64,000 nucleotides of DNA. It comes from Azolla caroliniana. Its lineage: Eukaryota > Plantae > Polypodiophyta. This document shows, piece by piece, positions 32,927-46,009 of the stretch (its first letter is position 1; each line of letters begins with the position of its first letter). Below the pieces are notes generated by a model, which did not search any database, was not told where the DNA came from, and saw only the letters and a program-made list of their open reading frames with translations. The DNA lies in contig JBHGNT010000018.1 of the NCBI GenBank assembly GCA_043228905.1, positions 11,098,001 to 11,162,000 on the forward strand. Reading direction: 5' to 3'. Made by a program: the position numbers and the translations under genes.

Positions 32927-35900
32927 TTATTGCGTAGTGTCTTCAGTACTCCCCCTCAAGCTTGGCAAGTCAGGGATCGTCAACCCGAGATTGGTCATGA
33001 ATTGCCATAGCTTGTCGGCTCCTAAGGCTTTAGTGAAGATGTCGGCCGTTTGAAGATTGGTGCTAATGTGTTGTAGGTCGACATCGCCAGCTAGAACGCG
33101 CTCTCGAATGAAGTGATAGTGCACTTCGATGTGCTTTGTCCGCGCGTGGAACACCAGGTTCTGAGCTAGATAGATATTGCTCATGTTGTCGCAGTAAAGG
33201 GAAGTCGAATCCTTGATGGGTACACCCAGATCCTTGAGTATCCTTTTGAGCCATACGGCTTCACATGCGGCCACTGCCGCGCTCCTGTATTCCGCCTTTG
33301 TGCTCAAAAGAGCGACGGTTGGTTGCTTTTTGCTGCTCGAGGATATTGCTCCACTGCCGAGGGAGAAAACAAATTCGGAGGTTGATCTTCTATTGGCTTT
33401 GTAGCCGGCCCAATCGGCGTCTGTGTACCCCTCGAGTCGTATTGGCATCGCGGTCTTGTAGAGGATGCCGCAATCCATTGTGCCGCTCACGTATTGTAGA
33501 ACTATCTTAGCGCAATCCAAGTGAGTATCACGCGGTGTTTGCATGAATTGGCTAAGTAGACCGACCGGATAACTGAGATCGGGTCGAGTGATCGTGAGGT
33601 AGATGAGACTACCGATGAGTTGCCGATACTGAGTCGGCTCACACGCTTTGGTGCTGGAGTTCGCATCTAGTTTGAGATTGCGATCGAGCGGGGTTGCCGC
33701 GGATTTGCACTCAGCCATTACGAACTTGTATAACAACTTGAGGATGTAGTGTCGTTGAGAGATCATGATTCCAGTTGGAGTTTGAATTACCTCGATGCCA
33801 AGGAAGTAGTGGAGCTCCTTATGTCTGTCATCTCGAACTTGTCGGAAGGAGGGATTTGACCTTATTGATTTTGACGAGATGCTCACCTCCAATGACTAGG
33901 TCATCCACATATAAGATGATGACGATCGGACTTGCGGAATTGTGTCATATGTAGAGGGAGTTGTCCGATTTTGACATACAGAAGCCGATTTGATGAAGAT
34001 ATTGCGTTATCTTCGAATGCCAAGCACGCAGTGCTTGCTTGAGGCCGTAGAGTGGCTTCTTGAGTCAGCATATAGCTTTTGGATGGGTGCTCGAGTTGAA
34101 ACTGGGTGGTTGTATCATGTACATCTCCTCTTCTAATTCGCCTTGAAGAAAGGTGTTCTTAACGTCCATTTGGTGGAGGTGCCACCCTTTTGCCGCGGCA
34201 AGTCCGATCACGGTCCGTACCGTAGTCATCTTTGCCACCGAGGTGAATGTCTCTTCATAGTCGACGCCATGTGTCTGAGCGTATCCTTTCGCTACGAGTC
34301 GAGCTTTGTAGCGGTTTACAGAGCCATCGGCGTTATACTTCACCTTGTAGATCCATCTGCAACCGATTGCCTTCTTGTGCGATGAGTGGGGAACGAGATC
34401 CCATGTCTCATTCTTGCGTAATGCATGCATCCCCTCGTTCATTGCTTCGATCCATCGTGGGTCCTTCGCGGATTCGGAAATGGTTTCCGGCTCCCGTACT
34501 GTTGCTACCTTCATCATAAAGGCGTAATGGTATGCCATATAATCGTTGTAGCCGAATCGGCTTACGGGGTTCTTTTCACGAGTGGATCGGCGGAGTTTTT
34601 CATTTGCAAAGATGAGGGCTTTCTTAGCTTCGATTGGTACATCGAAGTTGCCAAACTCACTGTCGAGTGAGTGAGTCAACTCATCGTCGTCAAAGCGATC
34701 GTCTTCGTACTCCGCCATTTTCGCCTTGCCTTTGTCCATCTTCGGGCTAGGCCGTGATGTGCTTTGATCGCTCAAAGGCTCTTGTGGTCCGCTCAATCGG
34801 GTCGTGATCAGACTTTCTTCGAACACCCGTGTAAGGCGATCTTCCTCCTCTATTTCTTGTTCGGCGGATTCCAGGTCGAGCGGAGTCGGAGTCGAAGTTG
34901 TCTCTGGTGCGTACCAGGATGCGGACTCATCAAAAATGACGTCTCGACTTACTCGAGATTTTTGAGTTGAGGGGTTGTAGCACTTGTACCCCTTTTGCTC
35001 CAATGAGTATCCTACGAGGATACATTTCTCCAACTTCAGGTCAAGCTTTTGACGCTTCTCATCGGGGATGTGCATGTACGCTATCGCGCCGAATATCCGG
35101 GTGTGCGATAAATCCGGCTTCTTTCCGAAGTATTTTTCGTGCGGAGTGACCTCAAGCACTCCGGATGTTGTGCACCGGTTCATTAGGTAAATGGTCGTAT
35201 TTGCAACTTCGGCCCAATATGACTTGGGCATATGCTTCTCGTTCATCATGGCCCGCGCTACTTCCAGGATGTGCCGATTTTTGCGCTCGGCTACTCCTTT
35301 TTGTTGCGGAGTGTGTCGGCAAGTGAATTCTCGCCGAATTCCTTCCTTTCAGAGATACGCCGTGAAATCGTCCGAGAAGTACTCCTTGCCGCCATCCGAT
35401 CGAAGGCATCGTACATGATGGCCCGTGGCTTTCTCAACTTCATTCTTGAATTTTTGGAAATGTCCGAACACTTCGCTCTTTTGCCGCATCGGATAGATCC
35501 AAGTGTGCCTAGAGAAGTCATCGATGAAGGTCACATAGTATCTTCTTCCACCGAATGTCGTCGTTTGAGCCGGACCCCATACGTCGGAATGGACTACGTC
35601 GAGTAGACCTTTGCTCACGTTCCGCTCTTTCGGGAATGGGTGTCGGTGTTGCTTGACGAGTTGGCACACTTCGCATACACCTTCAATCTCCTTCTCTTTA
35701 AATGTCGGGAGTCCGATGATGACTCCTTTCGATTTCATTGCTTTGAGTTTGTTGAGATTGATGTGGCCGATTTGCTTGTGCCATAACTCTATGTCGGAGT
35801 CGGCTTTCGTGCTTTTTGCGAACATGGCGGATTTCATCTCGTGTGAATCAAGAATGAACATCTGGCCCTCTCTTCTTCCGCGCGCGATGATTCGGCCCTC

Positions 35901-37193
35901 TTTTTCGATGAAGCACCGTTCTTGGTCGAATCATACTTGCATCCCTTGCTCAACCATTTGGCCGACCGAGACCAAATTCTTCGTGATGGTGGGAACATGC
36001 AAGACATTTTTAATGTATGTTTGCTTACCTCTTTCACAGAACGGAACATTGCCAATGTGTTGAATCGGGTGCGTAGTGTCATCTCCGGTTTCGACATAAC
36101 CGGGTCGCTCCGGCTCTCGAAGTTCGAGAAACCATTCTTTATGAGATGTCATATGGTTTGAGGCTCCGGAGTCAACAAACCATACGTCCTCCGGATTGAG
36201 GACACTAGTTGAGGTAGAGGCCGTCATAGAGTTTGCTCTATGTTTCATCATGAACATTCCGCCACGGTCGGAATTGCGTGCATACATTCTGCAACAATCT
36301 TCGTAGTCAGAGTTGTGCCTGTACATTCCGCTATACTCCTCGTAGTCAGGATTGTGCGCGTAATTCATGAGTTGTCAGCTTCTGGAAGCTGATTCACGCA
36401 TCTTCTTTCGGCACTCTTCTTCGTGGTGGCCGAGCTTTCCGCAATATCTGCATTTGGTTGTGTTTTGACAGCTCGGGCCGGAGTGGAAGCTCCCCCTTCT
36501 TGCCAAGGTTCCTTGTTGGCTTCCATTTTGCGGCCGAAATTGGGAGTTGTTATCATAGGTTAGACCTCGTCCGCCTTGTCCTTGGCCGAATCGGCCTCTC
36601 GACCGTTCGCATCCTCTTCCTCCGTTCGAGTGCGTGTAGAGCATGTGGCTTTCCGACTCATTGCTCCTTGTACGCACGTGGTTTTCTTTGACCAATAGCA
36701 TTGATTGGAGCTCGAAGAAGGAGGGAGATTTCTCCCGTGCTAGAACGGCGATTCGCATCGCGCCGAACCGTGGTGCGAGGCTGCCGAGGCATATTTGCAC
36801 CATCTCATCATCGTCGATATTTACTCTTATTGAGCCGAGCAAACCGCAAAGCTCCTTGATCTTCGAGGTGTATGTCGTGATGGACATGTCCCTTTGTTGA
36901 ATGTTGTTCAACTCTTGGTGGAGTTGAAGCCTTCTTGCGGTTGTGTTCGCCACGAAAATCTTTCGTAGATTTTCCCATGCCTCCTTTGGCGTCTTGGCTT
37001 CGCAAATGTAGCCGAGCATGTGATCATGAACACATGTCGCCAAGCAATACATCACGCGGCTTGCGGCTTGCAGCTTGCGGCTTGCGGCTTGCTCCCATGT
37101 CGCGTATCCGGGAGCCGCTTCGGCGGGACTGTCTTCATGCTCTCCTTTGATGTAGCTCCAATAGCCTTGTCCGAGAAGGTATTGGTGCATCTA
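32927..37193 (-). pseudogene. Copia E gag-pol with stops and frameshifts
   Basis: [59 protein letters not shown]. Confidence 0.93.
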
Positions 37194-40100
37194 TATTAGA
37201 GATCTAAGTACTAAAGTAAGCTTAAGATAAGGATAAACAAATGATAGATAGAAAGGAGAAAGAGAAAGAAGGGTGCCGATCCACCCGACCACCACCAAGC
37301 GAAGGGATCGAGACGGACTCGAGCCTCGATCGGCGTCCCATACCACCACCGTGGCGTCGAATCGTACTTGCTGTTGGCGCGCTCGCTACAAGAGTTGACC
37401 CATCACAAGAGCAGAGTCTCGATGTAGTCAAAAAGATGATCAAATGAGGGTAGTTAGGCCTCTTATTTATAGCGATACCCAAGGCCCCCAGGCAACTTCA
37501 CACTTGACCTAATGGGTTGTCTCAATCCCGAGGATTAAAAGTAATCCTCCCCTTCTTTACACTCTAGTTTAACCCTCACACTTATCAATGTGTATAGAAT
37601 ACTACGGTGAATTTTCACCACGGGATATTAAATGGTCATGCCCGTAACATACTCCCCATCTTTAAGACATTGCACTCTTGCAATGGAAAGTTATGGAAAT
37701 TAGTTCTGAGAGTATTTTCGCGTTCCCATGTGGCTTCTTTTATTGATTTATCCATCCATTTTATTTTAAATTCTCAGATTTCTTTAGTACGTAATTTTTT
37801 TGTTTTAACATCGAGAATTATTTCTGGTACATGTGGTTTAGAAGATAATTCTTCAGAAGTAACCAGAGTTTCAGTTGTAACTGTATTGTCGCCAGAACCT
37901 AGAAGTTCTTTTAGACGACTCACATGGAAGACTGGATGAATTCCAACACCATCGGGAAGAGCAAGACGATAGGCTGATGACCCAATGCGTTTGAGGACTG
38001 TAAAAGGTCCACAAAACCGTGGGGCTAACTTAGCGCACTTACCCGTAGACAATGACTTAGAATTGTGAGGTACACGTAAAAATACCTTCTGTCCAGGGTT
38101 GAATACACGAGGTTGCCTATGATGATCGGCATAAAAACACGCTCTATCTTGAGCTGTTTTTATATTATCTTGTGCAATATGCAACATATCTTGCATATCC
38201 GGAAGAAAGTTTTGCGTACTTCGCAACTCATCATGATGTATATTAACATCAATCGGGGCTCGTGGCTGAAAACCATACATCAACATAAAAGGACTATATC
38301 CCGTCGACGTATGCTTGGAGCTGTTATAAGCAAACTCCAAAATTGGGAGATAACGTTCCCATTTTGTTGGTTTTGCACCAATGTATGCTCGAAGCATGTC
38401 GTCAATAATTTGATTTACTCGTTCTATCTGTCCATCAGATTGAGGATGATCCGTGGAGCTCATGCTTAACGTAGTTTCTAACTTCTTAAAGACTTGCGTC
38501 CAGAAGTCACTAGTAAACTTTGGATCTCGATCACTCACGATATCCATCGGTAACCCATAAAAACGAAACAATTCGTCAACGAATTGGTAAGCCAATTCAG
38601 GAGCTGTTACAATGGTTTTAGTAGCAATAAATCTGCCCATTTTAGTTAGTCGATCAACGACAACCCAGATGGCATCATGACCTTTTTGGGTGCGAGGAAG
38701 GCTAACAATAAAATCCATGGATATACTTTCCCACTTATTATTGGGAATGTCCAAGGGATGTAAAAGTCCTGCGGCTTTAAGTCGCTCGGCTTTGTTAACC
38801 TAACACTGGTGACATTTAGTCACATAGCTATGTATGTCAGGACGCATCTTAGGCCAATAAAATTCAGTGGAGATGAGAACGAGTGTACGATGTATTCTAG
38901 GGTGCCCTGCCGAGGGTGCATCATGGCATTCAAAAAGAATCATGTTTTTGACCTCGGGTAAATCTGGAACACAAACCTTCCCATTACGGTAGCGCAAACC
39001 GTTAGCAATGTGGAAGTATTCCTTCAAGGATGTGGTGGTGTCTGTTCCAGACTCAACTCTTGCCCAGTATTTTGCAAAATAACTATCATCAGGATACTTT
39101 CCTCGAAGGTGATCATAAAGATCTGATGTTATTTCAGTGAAGCTAAGCATGTTAACTTCACGGATGCGACTTAGTGCATCAGCGACAGTATTCATGGAAC
39201 CTTTACGATATCGTATGGAAAAATCAAAGTCCTGGATGAGATCAGCCCATCGTGCCTTACGACCTTTCAGGTCTTGTAAGTCACAAAGATATTTCAAGAA
39301 CTCGTGGTCCGTAGTTACCACAAAGCGATTTCCATAAAGATAATGGCGCCATGTTTTGAGCGCATGTATAACTGCAAATAATTCCTTTTCTTGAACGGTA
39401 TACCGACATTGAGCAGAATCAAGTTTCTTACTCTCGAATGCTATTGGTTTACCATCTTGATACAAGATAGCACCTATAACATAATCTCTTGCATCGGTTT
39501 GAACCTCAAAAGGTTTTGAAGGATCAGGTAAAAGAAGTGAAGGAGCCTTGCAAACCAGGTCCTTGAGTTCCTTAAAGGCGAGGTCTAGTGTAGCATTCCA
39601 CACAATAGGTTTTGTAGACTTACGCGTTTGACCTTTTAAAAGATCAGTAAACGGCATCGTCAATTGGGAGTAATTACGAAGAGACTTTCGCAAAAACCCG
39701 ACAAAACCAAGGAATCATCGAACTTCTCGAATATTCCGAAGAGTGGGCCAAAGCTTGATTTTCTCAATGCGAGAAGGATCAATTTTAACTCCTCGTTCAG
39801 TTATGAGATGTCCTAGATAAGTAATTGATTTCTTGAAGAACTCACATTTTGAGATCTTTGCATAAAACTGTTTGTCACACAATATTTGTAAAACAAAGCG
39901 AACATGTCTAGCATGTTCTTGTAATGTACAGCTATAAACTAAAATATCATCCAAGAAAATAACGACAAATTTTCCAACTTGTTCTCGGAAAATGTCATTC
40001 ATTTCTTGTTGAAAAGTAGTCGGAGCATTGGTCAAACCAAAAGGCATAACCAAAAACTCGTAATGGCCATAGCACGTACGAAATGCCGTTTTAGGAACAT

Positions 40101-43100
40101 CGTCCTCACTTATTCGTATTTGATGGTAGCCAGTACGGAGATCAAGTTTCGTAAAATACCGAGCTCCTTGGAGATGGTCAATTAGATCGTCAGCCCGGGG
40201 CAATGGGTACGAATTCTTGATTGTCACTTTATTCAAGCGTCGGTAATTAATACACATACGCCATGTGCCCTCATTCTTTTTAACCAAGAGAACTGGTGCA
40301 CCCCATGGAGATTTACTATAGCGTATATAACCCATTCGTAAATAGTCCTTGAGTTGCTTAGATACGTCATCTTCTTCGGATCGACTTAAGCAATACGGAG
40401 GTATACTTATTGGTGCAACACCAGGTACACTATCTATACGATGGTCTATATTACGTTTAGGAGGTAACCCATCAGGTAGTTCACTTGGAAAAACATCATG
40501 AAAATCATTTAAGATTTCATCAAGTTGTTGTTGTTCAAAATATGTTAATTGAACCGGGACATTATCGATATTGTAAATGTGAATGTCCATATCAAGTACA
40601 CAATAAAATAATGTAGAACAAGACAACTCGGATATTGATGGACACGAGGAAACAATCGAGAGGGATTGTTTTTGTACACATTGAATAAAATGCGTACAAT
40701 CGTTCAGGACAAAAGAAATGGAATGACGAACCCAATCAATAAATAAAGAAGAGTTTTTATTATAAAACCAGGGATAACCCAGTATTACATCCGTGGTACA
40801 AAGATTCATTACGTGGAAGTCTACTTCCTCTATATAAGTATCAATAGAAATTCCTAGTGAATGAATCGCCCCGTTGATGTATTGTACTCTTCCATCAGCC
40901 AAGTGCACCGTGTAGGTGTGATCACTTACGGTGGGTTGGATTCCCCATATCTGAACCAAACGATCATTCACAAAATTGTGTGAGCTTCCCGAATCAAATA
41001 AAAATTGTACGGGAGATCCATTGATATACCCGTTTGCAAGTAGTAAATCATTGGGACCCAATACATAGTGAGGGAAAGAACATTGAAAATTACTTAAATG
41101 GTGTCTATAGACCTGAAGGACATTAGGAATCTGACCTTCATGGTCTGCAGCTTTAGCTTTGTTGTCGTGCTCTTTCCGTTGGAGCTTTCGACATTGATCT
41201 TTTGTATGACCCTTCTTTTTGCAGAATACGCAAAAAGGATGTTGTCTCTTACAATCGCGATCCAGGAATTCGTTGGGTGTCTTGCGTTTCACAACAAATT
41301 GCGACTGCTTAGTCCCGGGAGCTTCATTGGGTTTGTTATGGTCCTTCTTCGAAGTGCGTTGATAGCAAAGAACTATTTCAACGGCCTCTTCAAAGGATTT
41401 TGGATCCTTATCATGCACTATCCAGTGATAGTCCAAATTGGGGATGCCATTGACAAAACAAGCTATCAACCAATTGTCCCCTTCTAGACCCAATTTTTGG
41501 ATTTGGGTTCTAGCATGGTGAACATAGTCTTCTAGCGAGGAAAATTTCCTGCTAGAGAGGTTCATTAAAGCTTGTGCTGCCTCGGTTCGAGAGGGAGGTT
41601 GCAGAAATTGGCCCTTAAAAACCGTGACAAAATCTGTCCAAGTATCGGGCAATTTCCCCATAGTACGGAGCCCATGCCACCAGGCGGCGGCCTTACCCCC
41701 GAGGTCTCGGCCGACATATGCAATCTTCGTACTATCTGGCGTAGGATAGAGCTCAAAATGAGACTCCCATCGTCCCAGCCATGTGCAGATTGCTTCTTCG
41801 GTTCTTTCCTTTTTGTCTCTCGTAAATGGCTTAACGACAAATGATGGTTCACCTTGTCGCTCATCAGGTCTATTAGTCTCACGTTGTAGACTAATGACAC
41901 GTGCCTCAAGAGCACTCTGAGATTGCCGAAGTTCGGTCATCTGTTGAGCGGTGAAACTAAGGTATTGGGTTATTTGTGCCAAATACATCTCAGTGGACAT
42001 TTGTCCAGGAGGATTCCCTTGAGTTCCTTCCGCTTGAGCGGATGACATCGAGTCGTTAATTTGAGCCATTAAAGATTATTTCTGGAAAAGAAATTGGATA
42101 AGGTCAGAGAGATAGTCATAACATCATGTCGTGATGTAAACATATCATGGGCAAACATTAATCGATATCATGATCTCACGTCAATACCCCTCTAGACGTA
42201 TGAGATGAGGTTCAAGATCAGGTTACTATGGTAACACAAAGGTGTTTTAAAAACCATGGGGGTGACAATTTAATGTCTTTCCCTGATCTCTATATCGATT
42301 TTTTCATGGTGGCTCCCCGAGGCTCAACCATGTATGTTCACGTCATGAATAGTTTATACACGAAAAAAATGTTAACAATAAACTATGTTTCGGTGCCCAC
42401 ATATGTGGTTTCGGCTCTTTAAGTCCTATTACGAGGACCCCGAGGTGCACTTAGACCTTAAGTCTAAACATGTGTTATAGTCATATGTATCAAGGATGTT
42501 CTATGGTCTTGGTCATATTTGAACTCGAGACCTCGAGAACAAATGCATTAAACACTTCAGCCAACCAAGTAGGTTGCTCTTCTTGAATGTTTAATGTTTC
42601 ATGCATTTAAGAGATATGCGAGGCATTTGCCCAAAGATGTTTTTTTAAAAGAAACATATATGTCAAGAGTCCTTATTTCACCCTCATTTACTACAACCAT
42701 GTTGGTACATTACCTAACCTCAAGTCTCGTAATTACGATGGCATACGCCAAAGTGCAACGTAAAGGTCAAGCCAAATGAGCCCTCGTTTCGTAGTAGGCT
42801 CACGTGGCCCATCACATGGTCAAGTCATTACGAATGCCTCTCGTAAGAACGAGCTCATGGTGGCATCGTATCCATGTAACGAGGGAGGGATGTTGGATAC
42901 GTGTGTCATTGGAGTGACCTCACTTGAAATGGGTCAAGCCCTACGTACTCAACATCATTATGGTTATAGGCGTTTCTTTACGTAACGAAATCGAGGTCAT
43001 CAACGGGGTTGTCAACAATAAAAAATTGTTGAAAAAGGGATGGTGACAACACCATTCTCACAAAAATGTGAGGACGGCCACCAACATCCTTTCCCGGAAA

Positions 43101-44213
43101 GGAAAACATTCGATTTAAAATCACGTAATAACTTATATACACATATGTATATTATCACATATATACGATCAAATACGTATATACGTGACCACATATGCCT
43201 ATATTAACATATCGTTATATTAAATAGCCACAAATGATGTGATCGAGATACGTAATCAAGGTATATACCTCTACACACACGAAACATCCACAAATAAGAG
43301 ATCATCGTAATACGCAATTGAGGTATTGACCTCTTACGCATACAAGACCAACCGCATATCGTTTACAACAAATCAACAACTCATACGCAAACGTAACATA
43401 TGTTCGTGAACGTAATACGTAATTGAGGTATTAACCTCGTACGCATACAACACTCATCACATATTATTAATATGTCAAACGAGGTATTGACCTCGTGCAC
43501 ATATGTAAACGTTTTAGATAATCAATTAAAGACCACTACAACATCATTGACTTTATGAAAAAAATTACATATAAACTAAACACATGATTAGATGGGAGAA
43601 GAGAGAATAGAAAGAAAAATTATGGAAAGAGTTACCAAAGTTCTTTGTTGATCGTTGTCTGGATCAAGGCCGACCCGACCGCACATCTATCGATCAACAT
43701 CAATCAGAACACAAATGAAAAACAAAGAAACATTAGTACATAAATCTGATACCAAATATTAGAGATCTAAGTACTAAAGTAAGCTTAAGATAAGGATAAA
43801 CAAATGATAGATAGAAAGGAGAAAGAGGAAGAAGGGTGTCGATCCACCCGACCACCCCCCGAGCGAAGGGATCGAGACGGACTCGAGCCTCGATCGGCGT
43901 CCCATACCACCGTCGTGGCGTCGATTCGTACCTGGTGCTGGCGCGCTCGCTACAAGAGTTGACCCACCACAAGAGCAGAGTCTCGATGTAGTCAAAAAGA
44001 TGATCAAATGAGGGTCGCTAGACCTCTTATTTATAGCGATACCCAAGGCCCCCAGGCAAGTTCACACTTGACCTAATGGGTTGTCTCAATCCCGAGGATT
44101 AAAAGTAATCCTCCCCTTCTTTACACTCTCGTTTAACCCTCACACTTATCCATGTGTATAGAATACTACGGTAAATTCTCACCACGGGATATTAAATGGC
44201 CATGCCCGTAACA
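37194..44213 (-). mobile_element. Chromoviral Ty3/gypsy copy 2 (full length)
   Basis: LTRs 37194-37649 and 43757-44213; TSD ATCTA/ATCTT; PBS TGGTATCAGA (43745-43754); 1.7-kb 5' leader. Confidence 0.95.
37636..42069 (-). pseudogene. Single-frame gag-pol (1478 codons) with 3 premature stops; C-terminal chromodomain; frame ends inside the 3' LTR
   Basis: ORFs starting 42069, 39693 and 38754 are in one frame; stops at 39715, 38800 and 37774. Confidence 0.92.
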
Positions 44214-46009
44214 ATCTTGTACTCCCAAGATGCGAAGTTGTTTCGATCCAACTTCTCAGTAGGGAGAGCGCTCCCCATTTGAGTATTCATTATGTTGATT
44301 CTTCTTCTTCTTCTTCGAATTCGAGCTATGTAGCGAAGCTACGATAGCGATGAGCCGATTCTTGGTCGTCGGCGTGGAGCACAACACACAATCACGATGA
44401 GGCGAATGGGCTAGATCGAGCTACCAAATCGAATATGATTCTTGTGAAGCGGAAGAGATGTGAGTTATGTGTGTGTATGAGAGAGAGTGTGTGAGTGAGT
44501 GAGAGAGACAAGGAGTAAGACACAGAGAATACCCAAGATAAAAGTATATTAACAAAGGAGAAAGACTCAACACTTTACAAGGTGGGAAGAGGGTGCTTTA
44601 TATAGTCACCCTCTCTCTTCATTAACTACAAGACTCATGGAGCATGGGGAATGTGAAAGCTCATAAGTTATGTGTCATAGAATATGATTCTATGACTCAT
44701 ACTAAATGCTAGAATACAAAGTGGTGACGTAATGGTGAGTCTTGACCGTTGGAATGTCTATTCACTCTCAAGGTGAGTTCACACACTAGACCAAGTTGAG
44801 CTTGATTCTCAACACGGTGCATTTACTTGTCTCAGGCTGAGTACATATCGAAAGTGCTCAAGCGGTTTAATATGGAGAATGCAAAGCCGTTGAGCACTCC
44901 ATTGCCTACATATGTAAAACTAAGCACATGTGATTGCCCCACGTCTGATGAGGAGAAGGAATTCATGTCCAAGGTTCCTTATCAATCCGCAGTTGGGAGT
45001 CTTATGTATGCCATGGTGGCTACTAGACCAAACATTGCATTTGCAATGGGAGTAGTAAGTCGATTCATGTCAAATCCTGGTAAGAAACATTGGGATGCAC
45101 TCAAGTTGATATTGAGATATCTGAGTGGCACTAAGGATAAGTGCCTTTGTTTAGGTAAAGGGGATGCTCTATCATTGAATACACAGATTCGGATTATGCC
45201 GAATGCACTGACAATAGGAAATCTACTTCAGGGTACATCTTTCAGATTATGGGAGGTGTCATTGCTTGGAGATCTCGTCTTCAAGAATGTGTTGCATTGT
45301 CAACTACCGAAGTAGAGTATGTTGCAGCTAGTGAGGCATGTAAGGAAGTAGTGTGGCTTTCTCGACTAGCTTATGACATGGGTATACCTCAGCTTGTACC
45401 CAAGTTGTTTTGTGATAGTCAGAGTGGCATTGCCTTGGCTAAGAATACGGTATATCATGCGAAGACCAAACATATTGGAATGCGATACCATTTCATTCGG
45501 GAATGTGTAGCTAATGGTTGCATTAACTTTGAGAAGGTTGTTTCTCGCGAAAATGGTACAGATGCATTGACCAAGGCCTTACCACAAGATGCGTTGGAGC
45601 ATTGTTGTCACTTGATGGGGGTCACTTAGTGCCTTACGTTACTCACTTGTCGTGTACATTGTGTAACATGCCCATCAGGTGGGAGGTATAGGTCTAGGTC
45701 TTGTAGAGCTCAACCTTCCATTATTTGTACTACTAGTTTAGGCCTTTTAGTGGGAGATTGTTATACATGTATCCCCCATACATGCTAAGTGTGAAAAGGC
45801 CAAAACTGGTCTTCCACTTAGTAGTGTGTGGGGAGAGAGTTTGGAGTATGTGTGAGTAAAAAACCCCTCCGAGACATAGTGTGTGAGGTAGAGTATACAG
45901 CCTGAGCCAATGTTTTCTCTGTGTTTCCCCCCCCTTTTTCAGAAACAGAGTTCTTCTCTACTGAACTATTTCTCTCTTGGCTCCCAATTCTTCCGTTTTA
46001 TAACATCGT

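Larger units (their letters stand above)
32270..44814 (-). mobile_element. Ty1/copia element E, near full length, interrupted in gag by chromovirus copy 2
   Basis: TSD CGGTG (32265-32269, 44815-44819); LTRs 32270-32664 and about 44425-44814; PPT CTTGAGGGGGCG; gag-PR-INT-RT-RH order. Confidence 0.95.
32131..46005 (+). mobile_element. Copia D remnant: RT piece 32131-32269, RT/RNase H 44820-45629, PPT, 3' LTR 45759-46005; split by copia E
   Basis: DMLIVGKN...ILGM continues as IYLSQAEYI after TSD CGGTG; PYQSAVGSLMY; TKHIGMRYHFIRE; AGTGGGAGAT then TGTTATA...TATAACA. Confidence 0.85.
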
